Positions 39,016-54,158 of a stretch of 64,000 nt of DNA are shown in pieces. The position numbers were made by a program, and so were the translations under genes. Below the pieces are notes generated by a model, which had not been told where the DNA came from, did not search any database, and saw only the letters and a list, made by a program, of their open reading frames with translations. Source of the DNA: Chrysomallon squamiferum (taxonomy: Eukaryota > Animalia > Mollusca); NCBI GenBank assembly GCA_012295275.1, contig CM022672.1, positions 24,800,001 to 24,864,000 of the forward strand, read 5' to 3'. Numbering within the stretch: position 1 is the stretch's first letter; each line of letters opens with the position of its first letter.

Positions 39016-40139
39016 GTAAGAAAACGTCGTAATCATGTTTGTACTGACAAAACTGTTTACTTTTATGTGTAAATTGAAATAATTGATTAATTATAGTAAA
39101 TCAATATGTTATTTTTTTTATCCATATCATTTTAGTTATAGGCTGACAATAATATATATCTAAGTTACTTAATAAAAAAGTTAAATTTACTTCATATTAT
39201 TTCACATTTCCTATCTAGAGAATAAATAATGAATATATATTTTGAAAATAGAGATACACTTGGTTACATATAAGAATCAGGTTGGAAAATAGTTTTAGTA
39301 CTACTAACATCATCTACAGTTCACCATAATGTATTTAATTTTAAAAACTTAAAGCATTTTCTTTTAATTTGTTCATTCTTTTAGAAATAAAGGTTTTAAT
39401 TCAAATGAGTAACAAAGATAAATATTAACCATTACACTTGATTTATTGATATAATTAATTTAATGATCATTAATGAACCGCAAAGTGAGAACAAGACATT
39501 CGAATACACATCCGTATAATTTTTAATTACAATTTTATTTTTATTTTCTCTCAATCATTTTAATTAAATTTATTTTAATTTCACACTTCATTTATTGAAA
39601 ATTAAACAAAATGTGGAACTGAAAATAAAATCAAAAATTAAGTTAACTCTGATTTCCCAGATTTTGAAAGATAAATGAAATAATAATAAAAACTAACAAT
39701 TACAACAATTTGATTATGATTATCAGACAAAAAATAAAATAAAAATTAATAATTAAGTATCCCAATGATTAGGAATTGAAAAAATTGATAGTTAAATGAA
39801 AAATAAATAAGATTTAAGATAACTGTCGTAGAAGTATAAGTGTTTATTCTGTTGCGGTAACGATAATGAAAGCTTGAATTGTGGAGTCGAGAAAAAATTT
39901 AATTAATTCAATAAACGAGTAATCAATTTAGAGAAGAAACAGGTTTTTTTTTTTTTTTTTTTTTTAAATAACACTTATATAATCAAATAACAAACTTTAT
40001 TAGTAAGAAAAAAAAAAATGATTATATTAAATCAAAATTATTAATAAAAATATGTGAATACAGATGCACAATCATTATAATATTATTTATTCACAATTAG
40101 TAATCATAACGAATTTCTCTAACAGAGTAGTATAATACA

Positions 40140-40155
40140 AATTATTATTATTATG

Positions 40156-40203
<48 letters not shown>

Positions 40204-40292
40204 TTATTTTATTTTATTTTATTTTATTTTATTTTATTTTATTTTATTTTATTTTATTTTATTCATTATTATTTTATTTTATGTTTTATTTT
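40140..40292. repeat. (ATT)n grading into (ATTTT)n
   Basis: Direct reading. Confidence 0.9.
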
Positions 40293-40486
40293 TACTAAAA
40301 AGCGTTCGTTTTGGTCTGTATAAAGAAAGGTTATGTTAGCCAGTGTGGGACCTTTTTACCAGAAACGGGGCCAATTCCACAGAAAACGTGTGGAACCGTT
40401 TTGGTCCCTGCAGAATTAGAATTGTCCTTTGGGGAATATAATGAATGAAGGCAAGAGTGTTTACCCAGTCAGTATCAATTACTTAC

Positions 40487-40523
<37 letters not shown>

Positions 40524-41148
40524 AGAGCGGATAATACTTTTGAAAGCGTTAAGTGGTTAAAAGAAAAGTTATGATTTAGCTGATCAAACAGAGTTAAAAA
40601 TGAATGAAAAAAGATCAGAAATAAAGAAACGAAAAGAAAAGTAAAAGAAAAGAAGAGAATAAAGAAAAAGATCAGAACCAGAAGTAAAGAAGATAAATGA
40701 TAAAAATCTTATTAATATTTAATGGCAAATACAAAATGAATGAAGAAAAAAAGTATGAAAAATAGTATTATTGTTTTTAGAATAAAAGATATGTCAATAA
40801 TAGTAGTAATTGCTGGTGGTTTATTATTTTATATATAATGTAAATAGTAAGAATAATATTAATAATAACAACAACAACAATAATAACAAAACTGAGAAAG
40901 TAGTTACAATAGTAATATTAAAGTTTTCAGTTGTAGTTATAATATTAATATTAATACTGCTAGAAGTAGTTATAATAGTAATAAAAATAATGTTAGTAGT
41001 AGTTATAATATTAGTATTAATGATGTTAGTAGTAGCAGTAAAAACAGTAGCAGAAACAGCAACTACAACAACAACAACAACAACACTAACAATAACAACA
41101 ACAGCAACAAAAACATCAACAATAATAATTATAACATAATCATTGAAT

Positions 41149-41197
<49 letters not shown>

Positions 41198-41228
41198 ATA
41201 AAAGAGAAATATATATCAAACATAAAAC

Positions 41229-41271
<43 letters not shown>

Positions 41272-41864
41272 CTAACTACGAATTGTCATAGTTTCTTAAA
41301 GGAGCCTGTCCCGCATTATGTAAGAGCAAAACGAGTTGTATTGAAAACCAACTTGCCTACTTCTATTATCCAGCCACGTGCTTTTGTAAGGGTAATCACA
41401 TCCAGGTAGAGTCTGGGTGCAAGATGCGTAACATCTGTACAAAAGCAGGTTTATGATCTAGTTCGCATGATACTCAGTGGTTCGTCTTTTATAGACCGAT
41501 TCTCGGACAAACTGCCATCACATCTGGTAGAAGTTATTAGCGAAAAAAAATATTCTACAAAACCCAGGCTTTTGCGTCCGCTGTATGAAACGAGGTTTGG
41601 CGTTTAAAAAAAAGGAAATGTTTGGAAAATTAATCAAATCAACCATTTCTTTATAAGTAATTTTGCAAGGAATACGTCTGCTATTTTTAACACTTTATTT
41701 GATGGTTTCTCAAATAAATAAATAAGAATAAAGGAGAGAAGAAAAAAAAAAAAGTAGTTTGTGGATGTTTATAAATTTCACGCTCCATCTTTATTTCTGT
41801 TCTTTTTAAGAAATTTTTTTTTTTTTTTTGACAACGCCCGTTTAAGGAACTAGATAAGAATGGC

Positions 41865-41895
<31 letters not shown>

Positions 41896-42099
41896 GTGAA
41901 AGTTTATAATATTATAACGTCCAGAAAGGTCTGAGAAATTGAAGGTAAATTTTATTAAATCAATCTGTTGAAGTGTGTGAATGCTTATTATTTGAGAACC
42001 TTCTTATAATTGTTGAAATGATCTTATATTTATAATTGTATGCGGTTACATTTTAAATATTTAAATATTATTTAAATATTTATTTATTTATTTATTTAC

Positions 42100-42162
<63 letters not shown>

Positions 42163-42972
42163 TTTTTTTTTTTTTATTTTTGGAGGATAACTATGAAACA
42201 TCAATAATATTAGTTCTAATAGTAATAGCAGTAAATATAGTGTTACACCAAATTTCTCATTTGAAAATAATACACGTCTAAGCTTTGTTTATTTATTTAT
42301 GTTTGCTTTTTGCTTTTTAAAGACACTAATCGCCATAATGTCTTTCAGATGATCTAAAATGCACGTGTAACGATTTGTAAAAAGAAATCTTTTAGATTAC
42401 AACTCTTCCTTCATATCCCGTTATCGACAAGAATAAATGCTGCATACCAGGTCAATAACACGAGTAGAATGTGTGCATATTGCATGGCAATCAATTTCTT
42501 TTCATAAGAAAACAACCACATAAATATTAAATATCCCATTTGGAGGACAAAACGTTACATCTTGGCTCTCTCCCGAATAAAATCACGATCATCAATAAAA
42601 CATATAAATTAGTCACACGCCGCTGAGGAGCTTGCCAAGCAAGTCGGACGCGATACAAAGTTGTTTTCTGCAGCTTTTATCTGAAGAGAAATCTGTTGGA
42701 ATAAAGGATTTCTGTAGCACAACAAAAATAATACAGCGTTATTGTTGAACGAATGAGAAGTCTTCTCTTTTGAATATTTTGTGAGACGAGGAGATGGTCT
42801 GTCTGAAACGTGTCATTACGCTGTTTGATAGGGCCTAACGATCAATGTCGTCATTTATTTATTTTTTTACACTATTTTCTTTTTTACTTTAAATTTGATT
42901 CTAGTTCAGTGTTGTTATTTTCTTGTCGATTTACTCTTTTAATTTAATTATTATTTTTATTGATTTATTTAC

Positions 42973-43021
<49 letters not shown>

Positions 43022-44315
43022 GTAACTATGGTAATAATGGTCGGCTGTGACAGCAAAAATTGCATGTCAAACAGTAAAAACTTTTATTCTTTTTCAACTT
43101 CTTTTCTTGTCTTTTTTTTTTGTCTTTTTTTTTCATAGATTATAATCACAATATTTAATTTTACAGTCTGATTAAATATTAAACGGAGTGTCTTATAAAA
43201 GAAATGTGATTTGTTCAAACGTTTTTAAATTTCGCGTTTCAGATTCCGGGTAATCGTTGAAATACTAAATGAATTATAATGATGATAGTGATGATGAATA
43301 TTATTATTATTATTATTATTATATTTTTACTGTCGTTTTTTATTTTTTATTTATTTATTTATTTATTTTTTTGATTTAGTAGGAATAGCAGCAGCAGTTG
43401 CAATAATAGTATTGATTAATGCTTAAAATTACATTTTATTTAGTTTGTTTCTGTCTGTTTAATAACCTATACCTGTGTCTATCTGTATACCTAACCCACT
43501 TATCTACCTGAGTGACTTACTATATATTGATCTAATTTCATTATAATATTTCTCTTGGAGGGAACGCGTGAAAGAGAAAAATCAACCTGCAACGTAAGCA
43601 GTTTAGTGTGTTTGCGTAAAAAAAAAAAGAAAAAAAAAAAGAGCGGGGCGAGAACTGAGAAGTCATTGATTTTGGTGTTTATAATAGTCTGACTCCTGTC
43701 CTTCATTGCACACAATTACAGATAATGTAGGGAATTATGAAACTGTCGAAGAATTATCCGGAAACACATTAACCACGTTATCTCCATCCATTTTGAAACC
43801 GGTCTGTAAACGAATACCTGGCAATTATCGCTTCACAACGTGGGCCTTGGCTCTTATTTTCATCTCCTGAATATCTTTTTCTTTTTGTGCGGAAAATCCC
43901 GAGGAGCTTCGTGGGTGAAACTCGACGAAATATTAACTCTTAAATGGTCTTTTTATACGAGAGATGATATGGTATGTTGTTCTTGTGAAATTCGGTATGC
44001 TCAGAATTAGCAAATGATTTACCTTTGTGGTTAACGTGACAAATAAGAAATGTGCACATAATGTGAAATTGAAAACGCGATCATTTTCACAGCTTGAACC
44101 CGCCGCCTTCTTTTCTCCTCTCTGCTTTAATCCGTTCTGTGTCCGAGAGAGAGAGAGAGAGCTATAGCTAAATTAAAACCTGTCTGAATCAAATCTGTCT
44201 AAGAAAAGGCCGCTGGTGAAAATAAGATTTCGAGACGTCTCAATAAAGTTTGTAGCTTACAAGATTCAAGATTTGAATAGAACATTTTAAAATTTCTATT
44301 TAATGATATTTCTTT

Positions 44316-44355
<40 letters not shown>

Positions 44356-44520
44356 CTTTATTTCTTTATTTATTTATTTATTTTGTTAACGAAAAATGAT
44401 CTGATCAAAATATATTATAAAATATTTGTCATCATACAGATGTAAATATAAACAAACATATTTGTATATGTAAGTACTTATGAACAGTAACGTACATACA
44501 CTCTTATGCATATGCATATT

Positions 44521-44522
<2 letters not shown>

Positions 44523-44552
<30 letters not shown>

Positions 44553-44620
44553 TGTATGTATGTATGTATGTATGTATGTATGTATGTATGTATGTATGTA
44601 TGTATGTATGTATGTATGTA
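44523..44620. repeat. (TATG)n microsatellite
   Basis: Direct reading. Confidence 0.95.
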
Positions 44621-45853
44621 TACATTTACACTCTTACACACACACACCTGCCTATCTATACAGATAATAAAAACATCTATTGGCACATAATTATGTACAT
44701 ACATATCAAATACAATAAAAATAATTGCTGTTATTTTATGTTCTTTACCATCACGTTTTTAAATATTTTATTATAAGGATAGCATGTTAAAATTTATTTA
44801 CTTTCTGTAACACACAGTTAGATTAGGATATAGCTGAAAACACCCTGAGATCGTAACATTTCCTGTTTATACGTTATTTCCTGTTGTTCAAGTACATCGT
44901 CTATAGCAAGCTAGCTGAGTCGAGAATAATTTTAATAAATCAAGGCGGACATTTGATAATGTAAATAACATTCAAATCACAAACTCCAAATTTTTTTAAA
45001 GCGTAAATATATATATTTTTTTAATGAAATTAAATTTAATGAACATAATAAAATGTTAGATGTGAAATATATTTTACATAATTTAATCTGGTTTTTTTTT
45101 TTTTTTTTAAATTATTTTATAATTGGTTTAAAATTTTGTTTTATATTTATTCACTTACTTGTTTACATATATTTTTTTTTTTTTTTTTTTTTAACATTCA
45201 TTTTTTTTTTTAATTGTTTATTACTTTACGGGGTTTTAAAATGTATTTATTGATTTACATCGTCATTTAATTTATATATATATATATATATGTATATGTA
45301 TGTATGTATATAACATTGCAATGTAAATACAAATCAAGAAACTGGATTAATACTGAAATGAATTCAACAAAAATCTTATTTTTAAAAAAAAAAAAAACAT
45401 CTTACACTTTCCGGAAAAAAACATTTCATTATAATGTTAATGAAGCCGATTATTAAATATGCATTTTGTGTAAATGTATTTGTTTGTCCGTGTTCATGCG
45501 TGTGTCTGTGTGTATCTCATATTTAATTAAACGACAAAGATTTTAATGTTATTTTAGTACAGCTATGGGAATAGATATAGATTTCTTTGCGACGTCCGAA
45601 AGAATAGTTTTCAGCTTTTCGTTGTGAACATTGTGTTAATGTTTAAAATATTTATTTAAATAAATGTGAATAGTTTATCATGGGTAATTAATGATCTGGG
45701 GAAAATATTTTAACTAAAATACATTTAGAATTAATATGTCTATTCTTTAATAGCAATTAAAATAAGGTTATTGTTGCTTTTATGGTTGATAACTGATTAA
45801 TGAAATACAGTTATGGCGACGACAACAACAACAAGAACAACAACAACAACAAC

Positions 45854-45902
<49 letters not shown>

Positions 45903-46447
45903 AACTAGTGGAATAACTTCACCTTTAACGGTCTATACTTTATTTTACTTTTGCTTAATCCTACAGTAAATGAAAATGAAAAACATTTTAAATCTTCGGT
46001 TATGGATAAGCATATAATATATTATTTTATCAACGCATGATGTAAATGAAAATCGTTTTAATGTCTTGAGACAAACATATGTGTTGCTGTTACGTTAAAA
46101 TGTATAAAAAGAGAAGTGAAAAAAAAAACCGGACTAACTGTTTAGGTGCACGGTTTGTAAACAGAGATTTCTACGTAACTCTATATAGTGTTTTTCTGCG
46201 TAACGTCACAACACGGGATTGTCAGACGTCACAAGTTCATTAATCACGTGTTCAATGAACCGTGAACGTTCACAGTGGGGGGGCTGAAAACAGCTTAGAA
46301 CTGAACATACACATTTTAGACTGCTTGGTTTGTTTTGTGTCGTGCTGGTAAAAGAAATACATGTGGTAATAACAGTAGCGCTAGTTATAGCAGTTTTGAA
46401 GATAATGTAGCAGTTGTAATGTACGTCCGTGACAATAAGTTATAATA

Positions 46448-46449
<2 letters not shown>

Positions 46450-46518
<69 letters not shown>
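46450..46518. repeat. (GA)n microsatellite
   Basis: Pure run. Confidence 0.97.
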
Positions 46519-46521
<3 letters not shown>

Positions 46522-46770
46522 GAAGAATTTCAAGAAATAATATGTATCATTTATATTATTTACGTGTAATAAGCAGAAAAGAAACGTATTTTTATACTTC
46601 ACAAAAATTAATAAAACCATTAAAATATTTTTCCTCATTATAATTACCTGCATTAAATAAATATCGGTAACAGAGAAACTAAAATAAAATAATGGTAACA
46701 AAAGTGATCTAAAAAAATAAATAAATAAATAGATAAATAAATAAATAAATATTAATAAATAATAATAAAA

Positions 46771-46843
<73 letters not shown>

Positions 46844-47362
46844 AAGAAGGAAAAAAATACAAATAACATCGTTGTTTTGGCTCTTCATAAATTCAAACTT
46901 TAATTATTGCTGTTTTCATGGTTCACATGTTTAAACTTCAATGCCGGAATCAGCTGCATATATGGTGGTAAATGTACAATATTAAAAAAAAGCTAGGATT
47001 TGGATTTATACTTTAAAAACAAATTGTTCTGTTGGATTTGACAACATAATTAGACTGAACTAGTTTTTCTTTGGGGTTATATTTTTTATTTTATTATTAT
47101 TTTTTTTTTTTACGTTGCTATGTGTTAACTGTACATTTATTACTACTGTTTTTGTTGTTGTTGTTGTTGTTATTATTATATTCATTATTACTATTATTTT
47201 CTTTTGATACGCTTTTATTTATTTATTTGTTTACCCATTCATTCTTTGTTTCTAACACTGTTTCATGTTTAGAAAATTATTTTTAAAAATACAGAATGAA
47301 GATTAACAGATTGTGTAGGCTGATATCAAATTTTCTAATTATACTCTTGTCTTGAATTTCAG

Positions 47363-47571
47363 CAACCGATGCCGGTGTCCACCGAGGAGGAGCTGCCCGG
47401 GGTGTGTGCTGGGTGTGGTCGTCGCATAGAGGATCGATACTACCTGCTGGCGGTTGATAAACAGTGGCACGTGAACTGTCTAAAATGCTTCGACTGCAAA
47501 CTTCTGCTCGATTCAGAACTCACGTGCTTTGCGCGCGAGGGATATATTTATTGCAAGGAAGATTATTACAG
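47363..47571 (+). CDS. Lhx2/9: LIM-homeobox Lhx2/9 (apterous) exon, LIM domain 1
   Basis: aatttcag|CAA CCG ATG; CAGCGRRIEDRYYLLAVDKQWHVNCLKCFDCKLLLDSELTCFAREGYIYCKEDYYR closely matches vertebrate LHX2/9 LIM1 (DRYYLLAVDKQWH...SELTCF...IYCKEDYYR); donor AG|gtatgt, phase 2. Confidence 0.97.
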
Positions 47572-48900
47572 GTATGTGAACAGATACGTTCGTTATTTTG
47601 TGTAGATTTAGATTTTTTTTTTCACTAAGTAAAGATTCAAGTATGTATTTCAAGATGTGCTGTATGCCTGACTATGCTGAGCTAAAATGTGCTTTCTTCT
47701 AGAATAATTAAATATGGGTTTAATAATGTTACTCAACGACTGTTATGAAATATGTGTTTTATACTGACCGTAAAGAAACATACATACATACATACATACA
47801 TTCATACATATATACATACATACAGACACACACACACACATAAATACATACAAACATACATATACCGATAGAGAGACAAAGAGTGTCATTATTGAACAGA
47901 ATAATTTTTAAGATGAACAGAATAATAATTTAAAAAAAACCACAAAGGAATACAACGAATCAAAAAAAAAAAAAAAAAAAAAATTTATATATATAATAAT
48001 AAAACCATAGCTAGGACTCCGTTCCTATACACCATCTTAAGATTAGCATGTATATACAATGGTGTACATAGTTTGATTTTACTGCATTCAACAGCACAAT
48101 ATAATTATTTAAGCTAGAGTAATGTGTATTTTGTTTTAACATATTAATGTAACAAACGGGCAACTGGCGTCCATATAAATTGTGCTTTGTTATCTTATTT
48201 TGCCATCATCGCTTCTGTAACATGTTCAAATGAAAATAATCTTTTGTGCGCCTTATTCTAAATTACTAATATTTACTGTGCTGTAAATAATGTGTCTGAA
48301 GATTATTTATTTATTTATTAGTTAATTATTAAAAATTATGAAAGCATATATGAATGAAAGAGAGAAACAAAGAAAGAAAAGAAAGCTATATAAAGACAAA
48401 CATTAATTATTAAGAACTGATTAATAAAAAAAAAATCGTTCAGCATTTTGTAAAAAATCAAAGTCGAATCTAAGGAATTATTCAGTGAAATAAAAGAATA
48501 ATCACTGCATTCACTTGTCTCAAAAAGAGAACGCGTTGCCAAGACGCGCATGTGCAGACGACAATTTCCTGCTCTGGTGGCGCTCGCATCCACGCATGTT
48601 TTGGTTGAGTAATGCGAATCAAATGGGTCTCTGTAAATAATTAATTGTCTGTATTTCAGATTAGTGTTCTAATGTTGGTGTTAACAGCGAAGTGAATTGA
48701 AATTAATTTAGTGGGGGAAACCACGGACAGACCCTAAGGCTAGACGGATAGTATCTGTAGTTAATTCTGTGAGACTGTATAATAGAAACGAAAAGAAATT
48801 TTCGAACAATAAAATTAAATAGAATAACGGGTATTTAATAATTATAATGGTAATATTAGCTGTCTTTAAAAACAAAAACAAACCGGCAAAAATATAGATA

Positions 48901-49009
<109 letters not shown>

Positions 49010-49887
49010 TTTTGGGTGCACAGATGAATGGAAGGGTTTAAGAAAGGATGGATGGATAGACAGAATGACAACCAGGTAGATGAAGACAGCTGTAGGAAGA
49101 GAAAGAGAGTAGACTCTTGAGTGTAGATTCGTTAGAAACACAGAGTAATTAAGGTTGAATATATTTGATATATTTTAGACTATCAGTTTGAATAACTAAC
49201 TGATTTCAGTAAGAAAATAAAACAGTAAAATTAGTTGAAGAACAAATAATCTAGGTTAAAACCACCGGCTCTCAATTTGTTTATTTGTTTATACTTTGGC
49301 GGAAGTAATAGAGACGGGTCATGAAAGTGTTTTCGCATCGACTGTGAGTTTGTTTTTTTTCAATGGAAATATACCTGTTATATCTTAGACGTTGACACTA
49401 AGCGTTTAACCACGTGGTTTGTCAGTTGAAGTCAATCAATTTGCACTGAACCAGACAAGTTAAATCTCGCCTCGCGTGATCTCGCGAGATCCCGCTCAAT
49501 TCTATGCCCTTGAGATACATCTTCTTAATATATTTTTTTCTCATATATAGGCCTTCAATATATATATATATATATTTTTTTTTTTTCTGTGAGGGATAAT
49601 GGAAACTGTGGATGGAATATTTCAGATAACACGCATATCTTACAGATTATATCAACGATAGTTAACTCCAGGAACTGCATGATGTGAGTGATGTTGCAAA
49701 TTCAGGCAGTCGAGTGAAAACATAACTTTCAAACGTGTTATCAGTACATTGTGTGAAAGTCTGGACATTCGCAACAATTAATGTTTCTGACACAGATAAC
49801 TGTTAAACTTAGCACAGCTGAATTAGTCTGCGAGTAAATTCATTTTAGCAGATAGGAGTTATACATTTGATAATAACAAATAGCAAA

Positions 49888-49927
<40 letters not shown>

Positions 49928-50525
49928 CTGACACCCGAATTCTAATGCCGTCTAATATAACTGTACAGTTTGATAAATTAATATTTTCTCCAGAAATTAT
50001 TATTATTATTAATGATTTTTATCAGTTTACAAAATGTTATATTTTATTGTTTACAAAATAAAAAAATTCTCTATTTCCCCCCCTCCTAAAGTAAAAAAAA
50101 AACAAGAATTTTTTTTATTTGTTTCTTTTTTTTGAATTTTTTTTTTAAATCGTATTTTCCAAGCACCTGGTAAAAACCATGCACAAATAAATGTGTTCAG
50201 CCTTTCTTTAGGCAAACATCTGCAGAAAGTAGATGTGTTACCGTTTTATACCGTGAATATTTTTCTCAGGTTTTACGAGGTTCGGCTGGCTTAGACCCCT
50301 ACAGTTTTCGTCCAAATGGAATTAATTATCCCCGCTGGTGCTAACAGATTTTCAGGGCTTATACGAACAGGGGGTTAAAATTTTCACACATTTCATAAAT
50401 AAACATCACGAAACGTCAAATTGGTTTCTTTAAATCATTGTTTAAAAGTGAAGGAGAACGTATTTTGTTTCTATTAATAATAGGAAAATTAAAAAAACAG
50501 ACAATTCAGAAATCAGTAACTGCAA

Positions 50526-50528
<3 letters not shown>

Positions 50529-50609
<81 letters not shown>
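50529..50609. repeat. (GA)n microsatellite
   Basis: Pure run. Confidence 0.97.
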
Positions 50610-50611
<2 letters not shown>

Positions 50612-50799
50612 CGAAATATGAATTTGGATATGAATTTGTAAATTATTAACTAGTTAGCATATTTTACAAGTTTATAAATCAATATTTTTCAGTCCTTTAT
50701 TCTTTCTTTAATAATTTGTTCTTGCTTTAATTGATTTCATTATTATTATTCATCTACTTATATATCTACATCTATATATATCTATGTATATGTACTGTA

Positions 50800-50876
<77 letters not shown>

Positions 50877-51205
50877 GTACTGTATAGCCATATCTGTTTT
50901 TCTTTCTGGTCTATAACTTTCTACCTTCCTGCATGTCTTCAGTCCCTAACATCATATGCATCACATTTGTTCTTAGTTTTTAAAGTTAACACGAACCAGA
51001 AAGCAAACCAAACATTTTGGTACGCAAAATAATCGTAAAGCACTTTGGAGATTTTCTCACGACATCGGGAGTCGTACAGAAATTCAAGAAAGCTAGCATA
51101 TTATTGTTTATTTACTCGAATCTAACTATCACAACAATTTCACTTTGGGTGTTGGAGCGTGAAGACTGCACGGACGTTTGTCACTCAACACCACGTCAAA
51201 GAAGA

Positions 51206-51480
51206 ACTCATCACACGATGAACACGTCAAACGTTGTACATACACACACACTATTAGCCTTGCTTCTTCTGTCTGCAGTCTTGTAGAAAACCTCAACTTG
51301 CGAATAGTGTTTGCACAACAAGTGAAGAATGTTTGGCTGATGGCTGAGATACTGTTATATGACTGCTACTGATATAACAATTACTACAAAGCTTGTTAGG
51401 AAATATACTTAACATCAGTTTGGCTTCAGTTTATACTCGTCACGTGATGAACACGTCAAACGTTGAACATACACACACTA
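51206..51480. repeat. Dispersed direct repeat of about 46 bp (51206-51253 and 51435-51480)
   Basis: gatgaacacgtcaaacgttg(t/a)acatacacacac is present twice, about 229 bp apart. Confidence 0.85.
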
Positions 51481-51772
51481 GCCTGGCCATGAAAATAGAT
51501 TGCATGCAAATGATAAAACTTCTGCTGCCATTGCTACTACTGTTCCTACTACTACTGCTACTACTACTACATACACACACACTAGGCTACTACTACTACT
51601 ACTATTATTACTACCACTACTACAGCTACTAGTACTATTTCTACTACTACTACTATTAATATTTCTACTACATTTACAACTATAGACTGCCGTTACTAAT
51701 AATATTTAGAAGAAAGAAAAGCGTCAGTAAGATTTAAATAGAAATATTAAGATACATACATACATACATACA

Positions 51773-51823
<51 letters not shown>

Positions 51824-52010
51824 ATATATACACACACACATACATACATACATACATACATACATACATAGATAAAATAAGGATTTTAAGATATCTACAT
51901 ACACAGATATAAATAAATATATCAAAATATATATTCTTTCATCCAGCCGGCCATTCCAACATATGTATATATATACACATAAAATATTTATTTATTATTT
52001 ATATTTTCAG

Positions 52011-52354
52011 GCGATATGCAATAAAACGTTGTTCTCGGTGTCATCTTGGAATTGCCGCCAATGAACTTGTGATGCGAGCACGTGATTCTGTGTACCATCT
52101 CTCGTGTTTCACGTGCAGCTCGTGCAATAGACCTTTAACCCCCGGGGAACAGTTTGGAATGAAGGAGAGTCTTGTGTACTGTCGTTCTGACTATGAAGTC
52201 ATATTTCAGGGAGAATTTTTAAATATGTCCCCCGAAATGGGTGCCGGTTCTGGAGGACTTCCATATTATAATGGCGTAGGGGCAGTGCAAAAAGGTCGAC
52301 CTCGAAAACGGAAGAGTCCACTGTCAGACATGGATGGTTGTCCTACATCAATGG
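52011..52354 (+). CDS. Lhx2/9: Lhx2/9 exon, LIM domain 2 plus linker with KGRPRKRK basic motif
   Basis: attttcag|G CGA; RYAIKRCSRCHLGIAANELVMRARDSVYHLSCFTCSSCNRPLTPGEQFGMKESLVYCRSDY...LPYYNGVGAVQKGRPRKRKSP, the latter a hallmark of Lhx2/9; donor ATGG|gtaagt, phase 1. Confidence 0.97.
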
Positions 52355-54069
52355 GTAAGTCTTCTTTGAGTTTGATTTTATAATTCATTTATTTATTTAT
52401 TTATTTGTAATTTAAAATTTAAAATTTATATTTAAAAATGTTTTAGTTTCAAACGAAACTTTATTTATTTTGTTCAACGGGACAACGGTTTGGACGAATC
52501 CAAATCATTGTTTTATTTTCCTTTCATTTTATCGTCGTTTTTCTTGAAGAAAAACTAACGAAAATGATCACATAATTATATGTTCTTTTGATCTGCGTGG
52601 AAAAGGATATAGTTAAATAAACGTACTTATGTATTCATGTAAGATAGATAATTAAGAAAAAGCTATAAAATAACCACATCGCCATGTTGTTTTATGATTT
52701 CACGTTAATGCTTATGTGAAAACTAGTATTTTGTTTTTAAAAACCCCATAATAATGATAAATTATAATTTCTAGTTTTTATACTCTTTCCGTGTGGCACT
52801 GTTATATTCGCTCTCAGCATTAAAAGCAATGGTTGAAGGTATAAATTTAGAATACTGAAAAACATGAAAGTAAAAAAAAAAAAAAAAAAACCATTCTTAA
52901 AACTCTTAGCAGAACAGAAAGACACGCGGCACGCATGTAGTATTAAAAACTACACTTTACATATTTGTATGTAATTGAAAAAGGAAGCCGGATTAACCAC
53001 AACGCAATGTCAAGAGTGTTTACAGATCTTCCTCAACCAATTTCAAGTGACAAGTCTGTTCTGCATCTCACAAAGCATTTCTTGAGAACAGAGTCCTAAA
53101 ATAGAGGTATCCTCCCATCACAAACCACCCATGTTTGAGGTCTCTATCGTCCTTTGTGTCAGCCTTTCATGGTCAACTGGTGGTCATGGACATCCCACGG
53201 ACATAATCAGCACTCGTTTTCGTCGCGCCGGGACACCTCTTTTGGTCAGTTATGAGCTGTCACAAGGCCACCGATAACCAAATCTAAACTCCATCTCTGG
53301 ATTTAGCTTTCACTGTCTCTTTTTTGTTAGGCTATTTTTCATGGGTGTCAGAAATACTTTTAGATAAAACCCGTGTTTGCTTTAATGTTTTAATTTCAAA
53401 GACATAACCATGGTTTTTTATTATATAGAATTACATAAGAGTTGGTCTGAGCAAGATTCGTCGATAAGGCGCGATCGCAGATTAAGTCTAACCTTTGCCT
53501 TCATGTCTTCAAAACTCGCATGCGACTGTTGGGTAATGATATAATTAGAAACTGTTCGCTGTACAAAGATGGCGATAATCTGCGAGGATTTAGTATTTTT
53601 GTCTGTTATTATCGCATTTTCTTAAGCAGCATGTTGACAGTTTAGTTAAATGTGATTAACACGACGCTTTGTGTGAACGAGATCTAATTACACGTCGGAT
53701 TTGCTCGTCGTGTTGATTGTAACGTCGGAGATTCACATGACAAGATTTCATTGTCCAGTGATCACAACGTTAATTATAACACGCGTGCGAGCTTTAATTG
53801 TTTCTCTTTCTCTTTCTTCTTTTACTTTTACTTTTATTATTTTCTATTCATTACAGTGTACACTGACTAATATTTACCTTTCCTTCTTTCTATTCATTCT
53901 TTTCTTATTTTTTTTTTTTTTTTTACTTATCCAATATATTATTTTTATTCTTTGTTTTCCGTCAAATAAATTATATGTTGAAAGAAAAAGAGAAAAAGCC
54001 AGACTTAGATACAGACTGATATATAAATATATAGAGTGATAAAAATACAGAGAGAGAGCTACAAAGAGC

Positions 54070-54072
<3 letters not shown>

Positions 54073-54156
<84 letters not shown>
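54073..54156. repeat. (GA)n microsatellite
   Basis: Pure run. Confidence 0.97.

Positions 54157-54158
<2 letters not shown>

Noticed and set aside
53500-53530. aaaactcgcatgcga (KTRMR) resembling the start of the Lhx2/9 homeodomain
   Set aside because: It continues LLGNDIIRN rather than TSFKHHQLR, so it is not a homeobox.
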